A DNA stretch of 64,000 bases from Terriglobia bacterium. Its GTDB lineage: Bacteria > Acidobacteriota > Terriglobia > 20CM-2-55-15. The notes below the pieces were generated by a model, which saw nothing but the letters and a program-made list of their open reading frames with translations, was not told the DNA's origin and made no database searches. Shown piece after piece: positions 28,022-36,208 of this stretch (within the stretch, counting starts at the first letter, position 1; each line of letters begins with the position of its first letter). The stretch is from assembly GCA_965198225.1 (NCBI GenBank), contig CBDAOY010000008.1:256001-320000 (forward strand), in the 5' to 3' direction. The position numbers were made by a program, and so were the translations under genes.

Positions 28022-28305
28022 CCTCGGTGATAGTCGACGATTTCGACCGCCTGCGCGTCGGAGCTCTTCCACACGAAGCAGATACGCCACTGATCATTGA
28101 TTCGGATGCTGTGTTGTCCTTTTCTATTGCCGCGAAGCCGCTCCAACCGATTGCCTGGTGGAGTACGCAGGTCACTCAGCGACTCCGCAGCGTCAATCTG
28201 AAGCAGCCTCCGCAGTGCGACCCGTTGGAGTTGCTTCGGAAGAGCCCTACTACGCTCACGAACAAACAGTTTCTCGGTCTCTTTGTCAGCAAAGCTCCGG
28301 ATCAC
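28018..28305 (-). CDS. higB: HigB/RelE-family toxin
   Basis: IRSFADKETEKLF...PPGNRLERL...HSIRINDQWRICF; toxin-first order. Confidence 0.92.
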   Translation of the reverse strand: MIRSFADKETEKLFVRERSRALPKQLQRVALRRLLQIDAAESLSDLRTPPGNRLERLRGNRKGQHSIRINDQWRICFVWKSSDAQAVEIVDYHRG

Positions 28306-28310
28306 ATGAA

Positions 28311-28348
28311 AAGCATAACGCCACGCATTATTAACGTCAAACGTTATG
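28311..28348 (-). promoter_or_regulatory. higBA promoter with operator palindromes
   Basis: TTGACG-17-TATGCT overlapped by two imperfect ATAACG-N5-CGTTAT palindromes; transcript nearly leaderless. Confidence 0.7.
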
Positions 28349-28440
28349 TCCTTCAAAAGCAAGGGGGCTGACTTCAAATCGCTGTTGGATGAGTTGGAGG
28401 GAAGTGTGAGTGAACCAGCAGTCTGCGCCTGCGGCGCATC

Positions 28441-28567
28441 CACCCAAACTCCCCTCCTCAGATGAGGAGGGGTGGCGCGAAGCGCCGGGGTGGTGTTGAT
28501 CAGGAAGAACCACCCCGTCTGCACTTGCTGTGCATCCTCCCCTCCTTATATCCAAGGAGGGGAGTTC
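28441..28567 (+). repeat. REP-like inverted doublet (CCCCTCCT family)
   Basis: Two hairpin units, CCCCTCCTCAGATGAGGAGGGG and CCCCTCCTTATATCCAAGGAGGGGAGTT. Confidence 0.8.
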
Positions 28568-28606
28568 GGAGTTGGGGGCAAGTGAGATGTATGCTCTTTT
28601 AACGGC

Positions 28607-28951
28607 CTACGGCCTACGACTTCCCCCCGGCGACTGCGTTTCTTCCAGGTAGTCCAGGATGATCTTTCGGTCTTGCGGGGACGGTGCTCCCATTCCCTGG
28701 TCGTTGATCATGTCGGTGATCACCTGGTCCCACTGGGATCGTGTCAACTCTGCACCGGTGATCAAGCCGGCGTCATGGCATCCGAGACAATGCTCCTCGG
28801 CGACCTTCAGCCCCGTGCCCGGTTTCAATTCCTGGGCTTCCACTCCGCGCGCCTCCGGCTGCGCGCCGACATATGCCGCCGCGAGGAGTAATGCCACTAG
28901 CAAAAGAAAAACTCTCCTGAGGGTGATTTCCACGCGTCCTTCCTCTCGCAT
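28607..28951 (-). CDS. Monohaem cytochrome c, SorB-like
   Basis: Signal peptide, CLGCH, WDQVITDM; downstream of a sulfite oxidase. Start may be the GTG six codons later. Confidence 0.8.
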   Translation of the reverse strand: MREEGRVEITLRRVFLLLVALLLAAAYVGAQPEARGVEAQELKPGTGLKVAEEHCLGCHDAGLITGAELTRSQWDQVITDMINDQGMGAPSPQDRKIILDYLEETQSPGGSRRP

Positions 28952-29228
28952 CCAGCAGCCCGTGGCAGAAGTCTGATGGCTCGCGTTACGGCGGCGTCGC
29001 GCCAGATGCTAGGCGCCGCGCCGACCGATCTGCGGGTCCCGAGAAATGTCGCGTGGCAACAACGCCCGCGTGTGACGCCGCCGTAACCCTCCGGGCGCAC
29101 GGGGGTTGCGGTCGGATACTTTGTTGCTCGTCGTCATGATGAAACCGCATCAGTTCCTCCTCGCGCCTCGTCTCCGCCTCGCAAGACCCGTGCGCGCGAA
29201 CCATCAGACTTCTGCCACTGGCTGCTAG
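28952..29228 (+). mobile_element. Structured CTAG element, copy C (variant arms)
   Basis: Arms CCAGCAGCCCGTGGCAGAAGTCTGATGG / CCATCAGACTTCTGCCACTGGCTGCTAG; right half near-identical to copy D (TCGTCGTCATGATGAAACCGCATCA). Confidence 0.85.
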
Positions 29229-30532
29229 GCGATAGTCACAGCCACGCGGTGCATGACGTTGTTCAGGTAGCCCCGCGGATTCCAGCCGGGCACGATCGGC
29301 GGTTGGGTCCTACCGTTCGAGTCAGTGGCTCGCGCCCACACTTCGTAATAGCCCCGAACGGGAAAACCGATCTCTGTTTCCCACCGTTGCCACGCATACG
29401 GGTTCACCGGTTCCGCCAGTCGGGTGGCGTGCCAGGCCTGTCCGAAGTCGTAACTCACGTCGACACGCGATACCGTTTGGTCGCCCGCCCATGCCTTGCC
29501 CCGGACAGTTACTGTCTGGCCCAGCGGCGCCGTGGTTTCGGTCTCGGGTCGGGTGATCAAAGATTTGACCGGCAAGGAATGGATGATCTCCATTTCCTCC
29601 TGCGGAACATCTGCTCCCGCCTGGACCGGGTACTTGTTGATCCGGTAGGAGTAGCCCGTCATCCCGCGACCGTCGTGCTCTTGGTCGCGAATCTGGATTC
29701 GATTGATCCATTTCGCTGACGCCGAGCCCGGCCATCCGGGTATCACCATGCGGACCGGGAATCCATGGATTGCCGGAACCGGCTGTCCGTTCATTTCCCA
29801 CGCGAGCAGGTTGTAGGGGCTCATCGCTTTCGAAATCGGAACGCCGCGGGACAGGGCGACCAGCTCCGGGTTCCGGCTCAGGTGGACGTCGTCGCAGTGA
29901 TTCGCGGTGTAGACGGCCGTCGGCTTCACGCCCGCAGCAGCGAGCACGTCCGCCATGCTGACCCCGGTCCACCGCGAGCACGCGATCGCGCCGACGGTCC
30001 ACTGCATCCCGCTCGGGTGTGGATCGTAACCGGCCCGCCCGTTTCCGGTGCACTCGAGTTGAAGATTCCAGCTGCGGGTCGGAAAATTCCGCTTGAGGTC
30101 GTCGAGCGAAAGCTCCAGCGGCCGCTCGACCTCGCCGTCGACCACCAGCCTGTAGCCCGTGCTGTCCATCCGCTCGGCCATCGAGCCCATGTTTCCGTTA
30201 TTCCGTACGTAGTGGTATTTGATCGGCGTGACGTCGTCGTCCAGTTGATGCGCCCGGGCTTCAGCCCCGACAGGGCGCTGGTTCAGGACCACAAGGTCTT
30301 TGCCTTGGAGCAGTGGGTGAGTGCCCTCTTGTGCGAGCGCGACGGGAACCAACCCGGAGGGCATGTTCCGCGCGAAAGGGATGTGAGCGCCGACGGCCAC
30401 CATCATTGCCGTCAACCCGGCTCCATTCAGGAAGCCGCGTCGAGTGATCGGATCCGCCTTCCGACCCCAGATCAAAGAGTCTGCCCGCTCCGGGTCCCGG
30501 TATAGCTCGAAGATGTCTGTCTCCCGCTTCAT
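29225..30532 (-). CDS. Sulfite oxidase-family molybdoenzyme (SorA/SoxC-like)
   Basis: TRRGFLN Tat motif; YVRNN, LECTGNGR Mo-ligand Cys, HGFPVR and WNPRGYLNN motifs. Confidence 0.92.
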   Translation of the reverse strand: MKRETDIFELYRDPERADSLIWGRKADPITRRGFLNGAGLTAMMVAVGAHIPFARNMPSGLVPVALAQEGTHPLLQGKDLVVLNQRPVGAEARAHQLDDDVTPIKYHYVRNNGNMGSMAERMDSTGYRLVVDGEVERPLELSLDDLKRNFPTRSWNLQLECTGNGRAGYDPHPSGMQWTVGAIACSRWTGVSMADVLAAAGVKPTAVYTANHCDDVHLSRNPELVALSRGVPISKAMSPYNLLAWEMNGQPVPAIHGFPVRMVIPGWPGSASAKWINRIQIRDQEHDGRGMTGYSYRINKYPVQAGADVPQEEMEIIHSLPVKSLITRPETETTAPLGQTVTVRGKAWAGDQTVSRVDVSYDFGQAWHATRLAEPVNPYAWQRWETEIGFPVRGYYEVWARATDSNGRTQPPIVPGWNPRGYLNNVMHRVAVTIA

Positions 30533-30610
30533 AGTCGCTCCTCGTGGTTGTTACCGTGCCAATTGTAGTCGAGGCAGAGATCAACATGGGAGAGAAACAG
30601 AGGTTTGCGA

Positions 30611-30680
30611 TCAGCCTTCAGCTAGTTCGGAAACCGGACGACAGTCCCACCGATTGAGCTGATAGCTGACTGCTGACAGC
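30611..30680 (+). repeat. Heptamer (TCAGC/GCTGA) inverted mini-element, copy 1
   Basis: TCAGCCTTCAGC-core-GAGCTGATAGCTGACTGCTGACAGC; core shared with 38603-38694. Confidence 0.75.
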
Positions 30681-30687
30681 ACGCTGG

Positions 30688-31044
30688 TTAATCCGAGAGC
30701 AAATTGTCAAAAAGTGAGGATCCAGCGTCTACTCGGAGAACGACCGCGGTTCCGTAGGCGAGTAGCTCGGCCATGTTGGCAGCGATGTAAGAGGTGATGA
30801 AATGGGTGCCGATGATGGCGTTTCCACCGAGACTCTTAGCCTCAGACACCATGTGGTCGACCGCTTGTTCGCGGCTTTCAGCCAGGAGCTTGGTGTACTC
30901 GTGCACCTCGCCCCCTACGATCCCGCGGAGGGCGGCCATGATGTCCCGGCCCAGGTGGCGGGCCCGAACGGTGTTCCCGCGGACGAGCCCCAGCGTCCGG
31001 ACGATTCGTTTTCCGGCTATGGAATCAGTGGTCACAACGATCAT
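30688..31044 (-). CDS. YbjQ/UPF0145-family protein
   Basis: GEVHEYTKLLAESREQA...AELLAYGTAV. One extra C may have removed the usual stop (CTC GAG TAG). Confidence 0.88.
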   Translation of the reverse strand: MIVVTTDSIAGKRIVRTLGLVRGNTVRARHLGRDIMAALRGIVGGEVHEYTKLLAESREQAVDHMVSEAKSLGGNAIIGTHFITSYIAANMAELLAYGTAVVLRVDAGSSLFDNLLSD

Positions 31045-31478
31045 TTCTTCACTCCTCTGTAACGGTCATGCGGCAGTTCGAGCAATCGTTGCCGGAGGAC
31101 GGAGATCAGCAAAAGAGCCATGCCGACCACAATCGCCCCGGCCGAGAGGTTCTCGAACGTCATCAGGTCCGGATCCGTCAGGAAGAGATACACGCCGTAG
31201 ATCGCCCAGACGGCGAAGCCCATCAGCAACAGGAGCCAGCCGGCCTTCCGGGGCACCTGTACCGACATTCGTTCCTCCAGCTTTTCCATTTCTTCCTCCG
31301 TGGGTTCGCGGAACCGGGTCGCGGAGGTCGCCTCCTGCAGAGTCCGCAGCTGGTCCAGTGTCCGACGACACTCATCGCAAGTTTCCAGGTGGACGCGAAC
31401 AGTTTGGCCCTCCTGTTGGGTCAGTTCGTCATCCATGTACGCCGAAATCAACTCTCGGACTTTTTCGTGTGCACTCAC
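31041..31478 (-). CDS. Zinc-finger (zf-HC2) membrane anti-sigma factor
   Basis: HLETCDEC plus two TM helices; coupled to the sigma gene. Confidence 0.85.
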   Translation of the reverse strand: MSAHEKVRELISAYMDDELTQQEGQTVRVHLETCDECRRTLDQLRTLQEATSATRFREPTEEEMEKLEERMSVQVPRKAGWLLLLMGFAVWAIYGVYLFLTDPDLMTFENLSAGAIVVGMALLLISVLRQRLLELPHDRYRGVKK

Positions 31479-32005
31479 AAGTACCTCTCCAGGTCCTGGC
31501 GTAGTTTTTCCCGGGCATGATGCAGTCTGGACGTCACGGTCGTCATGGGCGCATCGACTGTACTTCCGATCTCCGCATATGTCATGCCGTGCACGTCGCG
31601 CAGGATGACCACCTCGCGCTGTTCTTCGGGCAGCTTGCCGATCGCCTCCCAGATCCGGGTTCTGAGTTCCAGCTGTCGGGGGAGCGGAAGCGAGCCCTCG
31701 GTTGAAGGTTCGATCATGTTCTCCAGCGCGTATTCTTTCCGCGAATTTCGCCGGCGCAGGTGGTCGATCGCGACGTTTCGCAGGATCCGGTAGAACCAGG
31801 GAACCAGCGAACGATCGGGATCGCGCCGGGCCCAGTTGCGATGGACCTTGAGAAAGGCCTCCTGGGTCAGGTCCATCGCGTCTTCGCGATTGCCGACCAT
31901 CTGCAGTATGAAATGGAAGGCACGTACCCGATGTTGTTTGACGAGCAGGCTGAGCTCTTCGGCGTTCGTTGTCACAGCTTCTTCGATTTGAATGATCGCC
32001 TCCAT
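31475..32005 (-). CDS. ECF RNA polymerase sigma factor
   Basis: DAMDLTQEAFLK, WFYRILRN and TVTSRLHHAREKL motifs. Confidence 0.92.
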   Translation of the reverse strand: MEAIIQIEEAVTTNAEELSLLVKQHRVRAFHFILQMVGNREDAMDLTQEAFLKVHRNWARRDPDRSLVPWFYRILRNVAIDHLRRRNSRKEYALENMIEPSTEGSLPLPRQLELRTRIWEAIGKLPEEQREVVILRDVHGMTYAEIGSTVDAPMTTVTSRLHHAREKLRQDLERYL

Positions 32006-32120
32006 GGCAGCTTACCCGTTACTGATGGATACGCAATGGGCGGGTCGTTTCTTTCTGCGCTTTGAGATTTTTCGTTTTCTGGGGATCGCGGGCCTCGAAC
32101 GCATCAGTAATAATGGATAT

Positions 32121-32735
32121 ATGGCCCTCACCCGGATCGTCGCCGTCCGGCACGGCGAGACAGAGTGGAACACTCAGGGACGTTTTCAGGGACACCTGGA
32201 CAGCCCGCTGACCGAGCGGGGATGGAATCAGGCCCAGGCCCTTGCCGAGCGTCTCAATCAGGAGACATTCCAGGTCGTCTACAGCAGCGACCTCGAGCGG
32301 GCTCGACTGACCGCAACGTGCGTCGCCAACCGGTGCGGCCACAGAGTCGTCTTGGACGATCGTCTGCGGGAGCGGCACTACGGAGTTTTCCAGGGCCTGC
32401 GGATGCAGGAGATCGCGGACCAACACGCCGACGCATACCTGAATTATCTGGAGGGGGATCCGGACTACGCGATCCCCGGCGGCGAGAGCCAGCGTCAGAG
32501 GTTCCTCCGACACATCGGCTGCTTGAACGAACTGGTGGCCCGCCATCGAGGCCAGACTCTTCTGGTCGTCGTCCACGGTGGTGTGCTCGACAGCCTGTAT
32601 CGCAGTGCCACCGGCATGGGGCTGGAACTACCGCGTGAGGATCCGATACCCAACGCCGGTCTCAATGTGTTCGCCCGCGACGACCTCGTCTGGAGGATGG
32701 AGATCTGGGCCGACGTAGCGCATCTGGCATCGTGA
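32121..32735 (+). CDS. Histidine phosphatase (phosphoglycerate mutase) family protein
   Basis: RHGETEWN...SSDLERA...HGG. Confidence 0.9.
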   Translation: MALTRIVAVRHGETEWNTQGRFQGHLDSPLTERGWNQAQALAERLNQETFQVVYSSDLERARLTATCVANRCGHRVVLDDRLRERHYGVFQGLRMQEIADQHADAYLNYLEGDPDYAIPGGESQRQRFLRHIGCLNELVARHRGQTLLVVVHGGVLDSLYRSATGMGLELPREDPIPNAGLNVFARDDLVWRMEIWADVAHLAS

Positions 32736-32896
32736 CTCCCACTTTTTCCTAGTTCCGAAAAAAAACGAAAATTTTGCGGCCAAAACGCGACCCTTGCATC
32801 CGGAAAGAATCGGTTCTAAAGGGGTAAAAACCATAAAACCCAGTGGAAAACATGAGGGAAGGGGTAGGAAACAGCTTAAGAAGCGGTAAAAATCTC

Positions 32897-32926
32897 TTGA
32901 CAATCATGCCGTCCTGGCATTGAAAT
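32897..32926 (+). promoter_or_regulatory. Promoter of the HTH-pilMNOPQ operon with spacer palindrome
   Basis: TTGACA at 32897, ATGCC-GTCCT-GGCAT palindrome in the spacer, weak -10 TGAAAT. Confidence 0.5.
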
Positions 32927-32955
32927 AGGGCATCCCCGGGAGATCTAGAGGTCAA

Positions 32956-33183
32956 ATGGAACGTTTGAAAGAAGTTATGACTCTGCGGGAGGCTTCGCAG
33001 TATCTGGGCATCTCACCCGATACGCTTTACAAGTATCTGGGCGAGGACAAGATTCCCGCGTTCAAGCTTGGAAACCGGTGGCGCTTCAAGAAGGACCTGC
33101 TCGACCGGTGGATGGAAAAGAAGAGCGAACGCGGAGCGAACTCTCAAAGCAGACGAGGGAAAAAGATCAGGACTACGAGCTGA
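32956..33183 (+). CDS. Excisionase-like/BldC-like HTH_17 DNA-binding protein
   Basis: VMTLREASQYLGIS...IPAFKLGNRWRF. Confidence 0.88.
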   Translation: MERLKEVMTLREASQYLGISPDTLYKYLGEDKIPAFKLGNRWRFKKDLLDRWMEKKSERGANSQSRRGKKIRTTS

Positions 33184-33210
33184 TCCAACCGGTCAAGAGG
33201 CGGTAGAGGT

Positions 33211-34257
33211 ATGCTTTTTAGCAGGAACAAGCCGCTTGTCGGGTTGGATGTCGGTTCCAGCTCGATAAAAGCGGTAGAACTGGTCAAATCCAAGAGCGGC
33301 TACGAAATCGTCGGCTTCGGCCGTCAGGCGCTGGCGGCGGACACTGTCGTCGACGGTGCCATCACCGATGCCAGCTCGGTCTCGGAAGGGATCAAGGCCC
33401 TCTTCACGAGTGGCAAGTTCAAGGCCAAGGCCGTGGCCACAAGCGTGTCCGGGCATTCGGTCATCGTCAAGAGGGTGGTCCTGCCCGTCAACAGTCCAGA
33501 TGAGGTTGCGTCGTCGATCGAGTTTGACGCCGACCAGTACATTCCTTTCGAGATTTCCGAAGTCAATCTGGATTATGAAGTGATCGGTCCGTCCGAATCA
33601 GATGACGGCGGGCTCGAGGTCCTGCTCGTCGCCGCCAAGAAGGACCAGATCCAGAACAACACCGAAGTGATCACGATGGCCGGTCGCGTACCGCAAGTGG
33701 TGGACATCGACGCCTTCGCGATTCAGAACGCTTTCGAGGTCAACTACGCTCCGGACCCCGATGCCACGATCGCCCTGCTGAACGTTGGCGCGTCGCTGAC
33801 CAACATCAACATCGCGAAGGCCGGAATGCCGCTCTTCATCCGGGACGTGTCGGTCGGCGGCGACCAGTACACCGACATTCTGCAGAAGGAACTCCAGCTC
33901 TCGCTCGAGGAGGCGCAGGATCTCAAGTTCGGCAAACAGGTCGGGATGTACGACGCGGAGATGGTACAGCCGTTGCTCGACTCCATCACCGATATGTTGA
34001 CGATGGAAGTGCAGAAGACATTCGATTTCTTCAAGGAGACGTTCCCGGAAGAGTCGATCTCTGCGATTTACCTGAGCGGGGGCGCCGCGCGGGCAACCGG
34101 TTTGACCGAGAAGATTCAGATGGCCTTCGGCTTCCCGACCGAAGTGATGGATCCGCTGAAGACCGTCAAGGTGGGCTCGAAAGTCGATTCGGGGAGCGTG
34201 CAGGGACCGGCCCTGGCCGTTGCGATCGGGCTGGCGCTGAGAGGGTTTGACGAATGA
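33211..34257 (+). CDS. pilM: Type IV pilus assembly protein PilM
   Basis: GLDVGSSSIK, actin-like fold, AIGLALRG end. Confidence 0.93.
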   Translation: MLFSRNKPLVGLDVGSSSIKAVELVKSKSGYEIVGFGRQALAADTVVDGAITDASSVSEGIKALFTSGKFKAKAVATSVSGHSVIVKRVVLPVNSPDEVASSIEFDADQYIPFEISEVNLDYEVIGPSESDDGGLEVLLVAAKKDQIQNNTEVITMAGRVPQVVDIDAFAIQNAFEVNYAPDPDATIALLNVGASLTNINIAKAGMPLFIRDVSVGGDQYTDILQKELQLSLEEAQDLKFGKQVGMYDAEMVQPLLDSITDMLTMEVQKTFDFFKETFPEESISAIYLSGGAARATGLTEKIQMAFGFPTEVMDPLKTVKVGSKVDSGSVQGPALAVAIGLALRGFDE

Positions 34258-34568
34258 TTCGAGTGAACCTAATCGGGGGACCGAAGAAGGCTGCCGCTGC
34301 TAAGAGCGGTATCAGCCTGCAGGTACCGACCGCCATATTGCCACTCGTGTGGGTGGGGCTGGTGGTCGGGGCGACGCTGTACCGAGCAGGGACCGGCCCT
34401 GGCCGTTGCGATCGGGCTGGCGCTGAGAGGGTTTGACGAATGATTCGAGTGAACCTAATCGGGGGACCGAAGAAGGCTGCCGCTGCTAAGAGCGGTATCA
34501 GCCTGCAGGTACCGACCGCCATATTGCCACTCGTGTGGGTGGGGCTGGTGGTCGGGGCGACGCTGTAC
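34200..34568 (+). repeat. Perfect 183-bp tandem duplication of the pilM/pilN junction
   Basis: 34200-34382 is identical to 34386-34568, separated by CGA; creates a 60-aa truncated pilN at 34254-34436. Confidence 0.92.
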
Positions 34569-35093
34569 GGCTACTCCTGGTATTCGGATCTGGTCGGCCA
34601 GCAGGAGCAGCTCGGCAGCCAGATCTCCGCCGCCCAGGCCCAGATTGCCCAGCTGCAGTCGGTTATCGATGCGGATGCCCTCTACGAGCAGCGGAAGCAG
34701 ATGCTCGAGGACCGCATCGCGGCGATCGAGGACTTGCAGCGAAACCAGATGAGCCCCGTCGTTACGCTCGACATCTTGAGCCAGGCGATTTCCCCGACCG
34801 AGTACGTCTGGCTGAACCAGCTCGGGCAGAACGAGAGCCAGGTGACCATGTCGGGCGTCGGAACCTCGCTGAATGCTATTGCCGATTTCGAGACGAGTCT
34901 GGAAGACACCGGCTATTTCCGGAACATCGTTCTCGCCAACGCGCAGGACTCGCAGGGCCTGTTCACCTTTTCGATGAGCTGTGAGTTTACTCCACCACTC
35001 CTCGACGAGGATGAGGAATCGGAGAACGAGGAAGATTCCGGGGACGAAGCCTCGGACGGAGCCGACGAACCGTCGGAGGGCGCCGGCGGGTAG
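34440..35093 (+). CDS. pilN: Type IV pilus assembly protein PilN
   Basis: MIRVNL motif, TM helix, coiled coil, VWL. Confidence 0.9.
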   Translation: MIRVNLIGGPKKAAAAKSGISLQVPTAILPLVWVGLVVGATLYGYSWYSDLVGQQEQLGSQISAAQAQIAQLQSVIDADALYEQRKQMLEDRIAAIEDLQRNQMSPVVTLDILSQAISPTEYVWLNQLGQNESQVTMSGVGTSLNAIADFETSLEDTGYFRNIVLANAQDSQGLFTFSMSCEFTPPLLDEDEESENEEDSGDEASDGADEPSEGAGG

Positions 35094-35101
35094 GACAGAC
35101 G

Positions 35102-35693
35102 ATGGCTATTGAATTCAGCGCTTTTCAAAGGTTGGCCTGGTACTACCAGGCGCTGATCGTGGTCGTGCTCGCCGGTGGTGGCCTGGCCCTGTTCTGGTAC
35201 ATGTATCTGATCCCGATCCAGACCGATATCGACGGGAAAGAAAGCCAGCTCGTGGACCTGACGCAGCAGGTTGCCACGGCCGTTCAGCGCCAACAGGTCC
35301 TCGCGCAGATCAAGGCCGAATCTGTCGAATTGCAGGCCCGTCTGGACGAGCTCAAGAGCGTCCTGCCGCTGGAGAGAGAGACCGACATCATCCTCCGCCA
35401 GGTCGAACAGGCGGCGAGGGACTCCTCGCTGCGGATCCTGCAGTTTGACCCCCGGCAGATGATCGACCAGGAGGTCTATTCGGAGTGGCCAATCGACATG
35501 CAGGTCGAAGCGACTTACCACAACATGGCGCTGTTTCTTGATCGTATTCGGCAGTTACCGCGAATCGTAAACATCACAGGTCTGCAGATGAGTTCGGGCG
35601 GAGACGGTGTGACGACAACGATTTCGGTGAGCTTCAGCGCGACGACTTTTGTGTACCGGGAGGAGGATCCCCCCCCCCCCCCCGGGGATGTGA
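35102..35693 (+). CDS. pilO: Type IV pilus assembly protein PilO (as sequenced, reads through a C15 tract into pilP)
   Basis: TM + coiled coil, YHNMALFLDRIRQLPRIVNI; TGA at 35691 is in frame with one fewer C. Confidence 0.85.
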
Positions 35694-35701
35694 TCGGGAT
35701 C

Positions 35702-36205
35702 ATGAGGTATACGCGGATACTGCTGTTGGTTCTGCTCGGCGTTGGGGCAACACGGGTACCGGGGATTGCTCTCGTCACGCCCCTCGAGCAACAGGAGGGC
35801 GAAGAGCAGGCACGTCCGGCACTCGCGATTCCGCCGGGGTATCTGTACGAACCCGGCGGACGCCGGGACCCGTTTGTCGATCCCGTTCCCGAGCCGGTCG
35901 TCGTGGTCACGGGCCCGGTGATACCTGCGGTGCGTCCGCCGGGGCTTCCCGGCGTGTTGCTGAACGAGATTCAGATTGTGGGGGTCGTGATATCCGCCCA
36001 GGAGGTCTCGATGAATACCGTCGTGATCATCGCGCCGGGCAACCGGACATTTTTCGGCAAACCGGGTGACGACATGTTGGACGTGGTGATCAAGGAGATC
36101 CGGGCCGACGAGGTCGTGTTCGAAATAAAGCCCATCGAGGGGCGCCCGGAACCGGAGGAACCAGAGCAAGTCGTGCGACGCCTTAGCACGACGCCAGGAG
36201 AATGA
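35702..36205 (+). CDS. pilP: PilP-like pilus assembly protein
   Basis: Own signal peptide after ATG 35702; YEPGGRRDPF motif; lies between pilO and pilQ. Confidence 0.75.
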   Translation: MRYTRILLLVLLGVGATRVPGIALVTPLEQQEGEEQARPALAIPPGYLYEPGGRRDPFVDPVPEPVVVVTGPVIPAVRPPGLPGVLLNEIQIVGVVISAQEVSMNTVVIIAPGNRTFFGKPGDDMLDVVIKEIRADEVVFEIKPIEGRPEPEEPEQVVRRLSTTPGE

Positions 36206-36208
36206 TTG

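Noticed and set aside
32956-33183. Prophage or ICE excisionase
   Set aside because: No integrase, att duplication or phage genes; the gene is operonic with pilM.
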